NCBI GenBank assembly: GCA_964344235.1
Contig: CAYFMJ010000001.1
Location: 1 to 24,000 of the forward strand
Source of the DNA: an uncultured Methanosarcinales archaeon
GTDB lineage: Archaea > Nanobdellota > Nanobdellia > Woesearchaeales > GW2011-AR9
DNA length: 24,000 nt
Reading direction: 5' to 3'
Positions within the stretch are counted from its first letter, which is position 1, and each line of letters begins with the position of its first letter. Shown in pieces: positions 17,432 through 24,000 of this stretch. The notes beneath the pieces were generated by a model, which was not told the DNA's origin, made no database searches, and saw only the letters and a list, made by a program, of their open reading frames with translations. The position numbers and the translations under genes are program-made.

Positions 17432-20400
17432 TTATTGAACAGTTATGATCCGATGTGCTGTTTCATGGATCTGTGAGTTCTTTGCTGTGACTTTAATAAC
17501 GTAATCTCCGGAGGGTGCGTAATCGGGTATCTGGAGAGGGATTACGCGAGTTTCTCCTTCTCCATCATCTAAATTAAACTCACCTGTTGAGTAATAATAT
17601 TCTAAATCGTAGATGAATACTGTAAAACGTACATCTTTAAGGTCAACATTACCGTTATTCTCAACTCTTGTAACGATTGTTGTAGATTCTCCTGGATAGA
17701 CCACTTCAGGAGTTGGATGAGCGTAGACAATTTCAATGCCTTTCTTAGGTTTCTTGATAATATGGAATTCGTCGTTGTCGAAAGGGTTTTCACAACCGGG
17801 GTCTTCTAAGTCTAGGAAACCATCAAAGTCGTTGTCTATACCGTCCTGGCAGGCAGTGGTAGTGTCTCCTTCATTATTGTCTAATGGGTTGTAGTTGCCT
17901 GATTCGTCGTAACAACCAGGATCTTTAGCATCTGTAAGACCATCATTATCATTGTCTAGGTTGTCGGAGCAGACTGTTGCACCAACAACTATGATAATAT
18001 CTTCTAAGATAGGGGTGTTGATAATTGAGTCTGTTACTGAGACCCTAAGGTTATGTGTGCCAATTTGATCGACAGCCGGGGCCCAGGTGAATTCTTGGTT
18101 ATGGGTTGTTGCCCCGGTTGGAAGAGGGAGGTTAAAATCATATTTCAGGATATCTTCGCTGTCTCCATCAATTGCTTCAATAGTAAAAGTTAACGTATCT
18201 CCTAAGCTAACGGAATAGGCTGTTTCACTTACAAACTGAGGAATTTGGTTTACATCAAATACAGTTACTTCAAACTCTTCCTGCACGCGGTTTCCAGCAT
18301 TATCCATTACGGCAATTACGAGAGTAAATCCTTCTTCTAAACTAGGATGTTGAACAAATGTAAATAATGGTTTTAGTTGAATTGTGTAAGTGTTGTCTCC
18401 GTTATCAATTAAATTTACTGCATTACCCGCAATTGATTCCAAGTTCATCGTTATCGAATCTGGTGAAGCCACTTCTACAATTAATAGATCATCTTCAGGA
18501 TCATCAATTGTAAAATCAATTTCTAATAACTCTCCTTCGTTCACTGTTTGCGGTTTAATTGGTTCAATTGTTGGATCTTCGTTGATTACAGGATCATCAG
18601 ATTCATCATCGTCATGTGAAGATTCACAGCCGGGGTCGTTGGGGAAGTCGATTAACCAATCAGCATCATTATCCAGACCATCCTCGCATTGATTTAGGAT
18701 AATAACTGGTTCATCGGACTCATCATTATCCTGAGCGTTGTAATTGCCATCCTCGTCAAGACACCCTTCATCTAATTCATCAATGTTGCCATCACCGTCA
18801 TTGTCAATCCCATCCTGACATTGTGCTGCTGGAAGTTCTTCATCATCATCCTGTGGGCTGTCACAGCTGAAATCATCTGGGAAGTCAACGAAACCGTCGC
18901 CATCATTATCGATACCGTCTTGACATTGCGTTGTTGCGTCTGATTCATCATCATCAAGAGGGTCATAATTACCTTCTTCATCATAACAACCAGGGTCAGC
19001 AGCATTATTTAGGCCATCGCCATCATTGTCGATGTCATCGGAACATTCTGCAACTTCAACAACAATATTTGTTTCGTTATCATCTTCAGGAGACTCACAA
19101 CCCGCATCAGCAGGGAAATCAATAAAACCATCAGCGTCATTATCTACACCATCAGAACAGTAAGCGACAGCATTTGCAAATTCTAAGTTTGTTGGAGAGG
19201 TAACAGGAAGTGTTACTTCAAAGAAGCCATCGGAAGGTGCCATTTGAATGTAGCCTTCTGGGATGATTTCCCGTACAATATACGTTCCTGGCCCTAAGTC
19301 TGGAAAGAGGAACGCGCCGTTGCTGTCAGTAATAGTAAAGTATTCATCCGCATCAAGCATTTCATTGTTATTTTCATCAATGTAAATGGTAATTCCCTCA
19401 AGAAGAATATCATCCCCCAGTATTACGGAACCGCCAAGTCCGAAGAAATCAATCAGCTTGTTACTATTTTCAAAGATTTGTGCAGCTGGATCAATATCTT
19501 GTAACGGGCCGAGGGTTGCTGTAGCGCCAACACCAAATGCCCGTACGTTGTTTATCTTTGATTGTAATTCTATCGCTTCATCAAAATAGTTAAAATTTAA
19601 TGGTGCCCCGTCAGAGAGGAAAATAAGGTTACTATTTTCGCTTTCCAAGCTCTCAGAACCATATATTTCAAGTGCCTTCTGTAGTGCAGCTTCATAATCT
19701 GTGCTACCACCGGACGCAAGAGTTCCCAGTGCTTCCACAATATCTAATTCCCCATTGCCATCCGTATCATCGCCGGCAAGAGAAGTGATTTGAATACCGG
19801 CAGTGCCTGGTTGGGTGTCAACCTCTGTTGCGAAATCGTTAAAGGATATAATAGCAATCGTGGCAGAGTCGCCAAAGCCTTCAGCAACAATATGTTCTGT
19901 TAGTGCAATATACGCTGCAATCTCTGCATCAAGAACAGTGTTCACTGCACCATCTCCGTTCATATCTGGAACTGGGTCGCCAGCGAAAGGACTTATAGTA
20001 CTAGAAGAGGTGTCAATAACATACAGGATTGTTGGAGCGCCGGTAACGGAAGTGATTTCACAGATGCCATCTCTATTTGTGTCTTCACATTTAATTCCAG
20101 TTATCTCAAATGATGGAGGTAGAGGATTGAATTCATCATTATCGAGAGGATCGTAGAAGCCCCCTTCTTCATTACATCCTGGATCGTCAATGTCCACTAA
20201 GCCATCCCCGTCGTTGTCAATTCCGTCAGAACATTCAAAGGAAATGTCATCCGATTCATCGTTGTCAAAAGGGTTGTAGTTTCCGGTTTCTTCATAACAA
20301 CCAAAATCCTCTTCATCAATATGGCCATCGAAATCATTGTCTAAGTTATCGGAACATTGTGGTAATAAATCGTTGAACTCATTGTCATCTTCTGGCGAAT

Positions 20401-22072
20401 CGCAACCGGGATCGTCCATATCGACGAGTGTATCGCCATCATTGTCAATGCCATCTGAACAAGCGGTTGCAAGAACTACAATTGTTACATCTTGCGTTGC
20501 TACGTCAATCTCGTCAGTTGCAACAAACGTAACTTCGTGAGTTCCAATTTGATCGGATGTTGGGGTCCACGTGAATTCTGGGGTGTTGAATGAAGCGCCT
20601 GTTGGGAGAGGTTCTTCCCAGACAACTTTGACAGTGTCCTCAGCATCAGCATCAGTAACATCAACATCAAATTGTAGAAGTGTTCCCACTGGAATTTCAT
20701 AATAGTCACCCGAAGTGAATTCAGGAAGCTGGTTCACGTCTAGAACGGTGTAATCAAATGTCTGTTTCACTTTATGTGTTTCATCTTCTGCATAGACAAT
20801 TAACGTTGTTGATTTTTTTGTATCTGGGTGTTGAACGTACGTGTAATCTGGGGCGAAGGTAAATTGCCCAGTGCCATCGTTATTGTCAATGAATAAAACA
20901 TCTGTAGGAAGTGGAAGGTGGAGGCAGGTGTTCGTACCACTAATGCAACTATAAGTGTATGCAGAAAGTGTTACGGAATCAGAGTCCTCGTCTTCTGCGG
21001 TGATAGAAAGTACAGCTGTTTCGCCCTCATTGATTGTAATGTCATCTAATGGATCCCCACCGTTAATTATTGGACTCTGTTTCTCTTCGATTTTGAGAAT
21101 AACTCCGTAGGAGAAAGAGTCTTTACCATCGGTTACTGTAATGAATAAAGGGTAGATCCCTGCCGCGGTAGGTGTTCCGTAAATAAGTGCATTATCACTT
21201 CCTTCCCCAAGATCAGTAAATTGTACTCCTGGTGGAAGTTTGGTAATGATGGAATCAACAGAAAACTCTAAAGGATCGTTATCTGCATCAATACCAATAA
21301 CATCGATTGCTAATAGTTCGTTAACTGGTCTTTCAAACACAGGGAATGGTAGAAGTGCAAATAAGATGCTGTCTGCATCGGGGCTTAAGTCAAATGTTGG
21401 CGGGTGGTTTTCGTCTGAAGGTTCAAGAACGGTAATCGTTATCGTTTCTTCATCCGTGCCACCATTACCATCGTCTACTGTAATTGTGATTGTATATGTC
21501 CCCGGTTCTGTTGGTGTCCAGGAAAACTCTCCAGTGTCTTCATCGAAGGACATACCAGGTTCAGTTGGTTCTACTTCGTATGTTAATGTATCTCCATCTT
21601 CATCAGTTGCGGTTACTTGGAACTCAAGCGTTTGGTCTGCTTCAATTTCTTTATCACTAATAGGATCTAAAACAGGCGGGGAGTTGAGGGGAGTTACAAC
21701 CAAGGTAATTTCCTCTTGATCCACGTCTGTTGATGTGGTTGCAGTGATTTGGACAGTGTATGTTCCTTCCAGATCGTCGGTGTTTATTGTAAATAAGTGA
21801 TCATAGAAGAAATCGGAATAACTATTTATGTCAGCAAACGTTTGGATAATAGTTGTTCCTTCTAACAACACAACATCTATGTCCAGTGGGGGATTAGTAG
21901 TGTCGGCTTCTGCTTCGAAAAGAACGTTCGTGCCAGCTTCCACGGTTAGAGTTGTGGAACCAGGAGCATCAACCCACCAGATAAACACCGCAACATCATC
22001 TGCTGCTGCAGGTGTAGTGAATAGTGCAAGTACTAGTAGAACTGTTAGTATAATGTTGTATTGTTTTTTCAT
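17432..22072 (-). CDS. Giant modular surface protein: Ig/cadherin-like repeats, ten DxDxDG-type calcium-binding-like repeats, VWA domain and SdrD_B-like domain
   Basis: 1546 aa; signal peptide MKKQYNIILTVLLVLALFTTPAAADD; C(S/Q)DGIDNDGDGxxDxxDPGC...DDDE repeats; ILYVIDTSSS VWA start; ITIYIDENNNEMLDADEYFTITDSNGAFLFPDLGPGTYIVREIIPEGY. Confidence 0.9.
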   Translation of the reverse strand: MKKQYNIILTVLLVLALFTTPAAADDVAVFIWWVDAPGSTTLTVEAGTNVLFEAEADTTNPPLDIDVVLLEGTTIIQTFADINSYSDFFYDHLFTINTDDLEGTYTVQITATTSTDVDQEEITLVVTPLNSPPVLDPISDKEIEADQTLEFQVTATDEDGDTLTYEVEPTEPGMSFDEDTGEFSWTPTEPGTYTITITVDDGNGGTDEETITITVLEPSDENHPPTFDLSPDADSILFALLPFPVFERPVNELLAIDVIGIDADNDPLEFSVDSIITKLPPGVQFTDLGEGSDNALIYGTPTAAGIYPLFITVTDGKDSFSYGVILKIEEKQSPIINGGDPLDDITINEGETAVLSITAEDEDSDSVTLSAYTYSCISGTNTCLHLPLPTDVLFIDNNDGTGQFTFAPDYTYVQHPDTKKSTTLIVYAEDETHKVKQTFDYTVLDVNQLPEFTSGDYYEIPVGTLLQFDVDVTDADAEDTVKVVWEEPLPTGASFNTPEFTWTPTSDQIGTHEVTFVATDEIDVATQDVTIVVLATACSDGIDNDGDTLVDMDDPGCDSPEDDNEFNDLLPQCSDNLDNDFDGHIDEEDFGCYEETGNYNPFDNDESDDISFECSDGIDNDGDGLVDIDDPGCNEEGGFYDPLDNDEFNPLPPSFEITGIKCEDTNRDGICEITSVTGAPTILYVIDTSSSTISPFAGDPVPDMNGDGAVNTVLDAEIAAYIALTEHIVAEGFGDSATIAIISFNDFATEVDTQPGTAGIQITSLAGDDTDGNGELDIVEALGTLASGGSTDYEAALQKALEIYGSESLESENSNLIFLSDGAPLNFNYFDEAIELQSKINNVRAFGVGATATLGPLQDIDPAAQIFENSNKLIDFFGLGGSVILGDDILLEGITIYIDENNNEMLDADEYFTITDSNGAFLFPDLGPGTYIVREIIPEGYIQMAPSDGFFEVTLPVTSPTNLEFANAVAYCSDGVDNDADGFIDFPADAGCESPEDDNETNIVVEVAECSDDIDNDGDGLNNAADPGCYDEEGNYDPLDDDESDATTQCQDGIDNDGDGFVDFPDDFSCDSPQDDDEELPAAQCQDGIDNDGDGNIDELDEGCLDEDGNYNAQDNDESDEPVIILNQCEDGLDNDADWLIDFPNDPGCESSHDDDESDDPVINEDPTIEPIKPQTVNEGELLEIDFTIDDPEDDLLIVEVASPDSITMNLESIAGNAVNLIDNGDNTYTIQLKPLFTFVQHPSLEEGFTLVIAVMDNAGNRVQEEFEVTVFDVNQIPQFVSETAYSVSLGDTLTFTIEAIDGDSEDILKYDFNLPLPTGATTHNQEFTWAPAVDQIGTHNLRVSVTDSIINTPILEDIIIVVGATVCSDNLDNDNDGLTDAKDPGCYDESGNYNPLDNNEGDTTTACQDGIDNDFDGFLDLEDPGCENPFDNDEFHIIKKPKKGIEIVYAHPTPEVVYPGESTTIVTRVENNGNVDLKDVRFTVFIYDLEYYYSTGEFNLDDGEGETRVIPLQIPDYAPSGDYVIKVTAKNSQIHETAHRIITVQ
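17766..17980 (-). repeat. Protein-level DxDxDG repeats 9 and 10 of the giant protein
   Basis: CSDNLDNDNDGLTDAKDPGCYDESGNYNPLDNNE and CQDGIDNDFDGFLDLEDPGCENPFDNDE. Confidence 0.8.
18597..19164 (-). repeat. Protein-level DxDxDG repeats 4-8 of the giant protein
   Basis: Five tandem units such as CSDGVDNDADGFIDFPADAGCESPEDDNE and CSDDIDNDGDGLNNAADPGCYDEEGNYDPLDDDESD. Confidence 0.85.
20130..20463 (-). repeat. Protein-level DxDxDG repeats 1-3 of the giant protein
   Basis: CSDGIDNDGDTLVDMDDPGCDSPEDDNE, CSDNLDNDFDGHIDEEDFGCYEETGNYNPFDNDESD, CSDGIDNDGDGLVDIDDPGCNEEGGFYDPLDNDE. Confidence 0.85.
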
Positions 22073-22090
22073 TTTTCAAAACATCCTCTT

Positions 22091-23728
22091 TTATCGTTCT
22101 GGTTGTGTTAATGGATCGTAATTTGGATCATCGGTTCTGAACTCCCGAGGGACATAAGCATCATTGCTGCCAGCTTCACGTGCTGCGTCTCTACGGTATC
22201 TTCGAATTGCTTCCGACTCAAAGGGCGTTCCTTCAGTTGTTTCAGGAGTAGGTGTTGGTTGCGGCGATTCTTGTGGAGAGGGAGTAGTATACGCCGGTGT
22301 CGCAGGAGTTGCTCCCTGGTCTGGCACAATATACTGTTCGGTTGGCCTCGGTTGAATCTCTTCTGGAGCCACATAGACAGGACTTGGATCGACTTCTATA
22401 CCATAATCATCTGGAAGAGGGTGAAGTTGATTATAAATGTCTGGTTCTGCTGTTGATTCGGGTGTTGTTGCATCGGCCCCCGTTTTGAATTCGAAGAGGG
22501 TTCCAAAACTAACAGTAAGAACCCAAGGCGATTGACCAATAGCTTCACGAGCACCAGAATAACCAGCACCGAGTCTTCCAGCGAGGTCAATGCGCGCATG
22601 GTCAGTTTCAGCGATGGTGCCGTTAATTCCTACTTCCAGATTTAAATTACCGTAAACAACAGTTCGGCTATCTTCGGTTATCGTTGGGCCGAGTACTTTT
22701 GGTCCACCTTCCCCGTCAGGAAGGAGCGTTGGGGCATAATGATCAAGAACCTCCGGGATTTCAGAGTGAACGGAAACTGTGTGTTCTACTGAAGTTGTTT
22801 CCGTAACTCGAGTTGGATTGATCCCTCCTCTTAGACGAGCGAAAATGTCAAAGTCTTCAAAGTCATAGTGCAGTTGTGCCACTAGGTCTAATCCTCCTAC
22901 GAAACGATGAAGTGAATCTCTTTCATTCGTTTCACCACTTCGTAAATCGTAGGTGCCGTCAAGATTTTGTTCTGCGGTAATTGGGTTGATGATAAGGTTC
23001 CCACTTGAAGGGTCAGCGAAATAGAAACCGCCTCTAGCCCCTCCACCAAAACTAATGCCCCACGGAGTTTCATCGATGTTTGGGATATCAAGTAAGTAGG
23101 TAGCAGCTAGCGACCCAAGACCATCTTTGCTCACAAAAGGAGTTTCAAAGAGTAATCCAACTTCTAGTAAATGGCGGAGGTCAACCTTTTCTGTGTCGGT
23201 TGGCCGTTCCTCAAGCTCGCGGATTCTCTGTTGTGCTGCTTCCAAATTAGCTGCTAGCTGAGTTTTAGCTTCTTCGCAGTCTGTTTTTTCTGCGTGGCAC
23301 TGTCGTGCTTTATCTTCACATCCTGAAAGTAGAGTGTCTACTTCTTCCCTCGTTACGGAATCTTGGTCTAATGTAGAGTCAAGGATGTAACATAATTTAT
23401 CCGAAGCACAACCTTTGACGAGCTTATCGGTATATTGGTCCCACGGCATCCCGCCATCGGGATTAATATTTGCGCCATTTTCAGCTAAGATTCTTGCTTC
23501 ACTTTCTCTAAGACAAATACCCAGGTTACCACCATGTTCGCTTGCGAATTCATCTGACTCGCAATATGCTTTTACTCTTACTTTTGGTTGTTTCTTTTGT
23601 TTTTTGGTTTCGCCTTCAGTCACTAACTCCATCTGGTCTGATTTGCCAGGAGGTTGAGCATATGAGGGATTAGTTAAAGAAATTCCTGCAGCTGCAATTA
23701 TAGCAGCTAGTGTGAGCCTTTTTATCAT
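22091..23728 (-). CDS. Secreted protein: Cys-rich N-terminus, coiled coil, predicted beta-barrel-like region, Pro/Thr-rich tail
   Basis: 545 aa; signal peptide MIKRLTLAAIIAAAGISLTNPSYAQ; 7 Cys between residues ~56-151; amphipathic Gly/aromatic strands at residues ~184-415; TPAYTTPSPQESPQPTPTPETTEGTP tail. Confidence 0.75.
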   Translation of the reverse strand: MIKRLTLAAIIAAAGISLTNPSYAQPPGKSDQMELVTEGETKKQKKQPKVRVKAYCESDEFASEHGGNLGICLRESEARILAENGANINPDGGMPWDQYTDKLVKGCASDKLCYILDSTLDQDSVTREEVDTLLSGCEDKARQCHAEKTDCEEAKTQLAANLEAAQQRIRELEERPTDTEKVDLRHLLEVGLLFETPFVSKDGLGSLAATYLLDIPNIDETPWGISFGGGARGGFYFADPSSGNLIINPITAEQNLDGTYDLRSGETNERDSLHRFVGGLDLVAQLHYDFEDFDIFARLRGGINPTRVTETTSVEHTVSVHSEIPEVLDHYAPTLLPDGEGGPKVLGPTITEDSRTVVYGNLNLEVGINGTIAETDHARIDLAGRLGAGYSGAREAIGQSPWVLTVSFGTLFEFKTGADATTPESTAEPDIYNQLHPLPDDYGIEVDPSPVYVAPEEIQPRPTEQYIVPDQGATPATPAYTTPSPQESPQPTPTPETTEGTPFESEAIRRYRRDAAREAGSNDAYVPREFRTDDPNYDPLTQPER

Positions 23729-24000
23729 TGTTCATCACCACAATTAATTGGATATAATCTAAAGTTTAAAGGGTTCTCCGACCGATCTAGCCACGTTAAA
23801 AGGAGGTCTACAACCCCTGGCTGGTCTTCGCTACCGTACATTAAAGATGGCCTAGCTCCATCGAAAACGGTTGTTCTATAGGTTGCTTCCAACTGGTCCC
23901 TTAAAGATTTTGGTTGGTAAGAAGCAACTTTGTCTCCCCTTCTGGGATGGATGATAATATTACTCGTTCCACAGGTAAATGCTTCCAAGAGGCTTTGATA
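23725..24000 (-). CDS. Hypothetical protein, partial (5' end beyond window)
   Basis: ORF remains open to the window edge (...YQSLLEAFTCGTSNIIIHPRRGDKV...), so the TTG at 23988 is probably not the start; ATGA overlap with the 545-aa gene start. Confidence 0.55.
   Translation of the reverse strand, partial: YQSLLEAFTCGTSNIIIHPRRGDKVASYQPKSLRDQLEATYRTTVFDGARPSLMYGSEDQPGVVDLLLTWLDRSENPLNFRLYPINCGDEQ

Noticed and set aside
17766-20463. Repetitive DNA that could be mistaken for a CRISPR or tandem satellite array
   Set aside because: Repeats follow the reading frame, are diverged at DNA level, and encode DxDxDG protein motifs; there are no constant-length spacers.
21240-21719. Plus-strand 159-aa ORF inside the giant gene
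   Set aside because: Antisense Ser/Val-rich shadow of Ig-like repeat coding sequence.

Overview
The window looks like an archaeal chromosomal segment, probably DPANN/Woesearchaeota-like. That lineage guess is inference from archaeal-type GluRS, the ABCE1/Rli1 ATPase, a TrmB-type regulator, geranylgeranyl reductase, COG1361-like surface protein and TATA-box/leaderless promoters. The first ~11 kb is mostly housekeeping: a nucleotidyltransferase with possible HEPN tail, CsaA-like tRNA-binding protein, GluRS, PRC-barrel protein, TrmB regulator, stand-alone PEP-utilizer swivelling domain protein, Rli1, minimal MOSC protein, small zinc-ribbon proteins and tRNA-Thr(CGT). The most interesting loci are: (1) a minus-strand surface gene cluster (17.4-24 kb) in which a secreted protein with a predicted 8-strand beta-barrel-like region sits 18 nt upstream of a 1546-aa protein with ten DxDxDG-type repeats, Ig-like modules, a VWA domain and an SdrD_B-like domain; (2) a bacterial-type Lgt next to a lipobox-bearing cupredoxin-like protein that lacks the usual Cys/His/Met copper ligands; (3) a ~183-codon minus-strand frame interrupted by a single in-frame TAG; (4) an asparaginase-fold protein with a ~190-aa insertion between its two domains; (5) palindromic elements in two promoter regions. 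No CRISPR array, transposase or classical defence operon was found.
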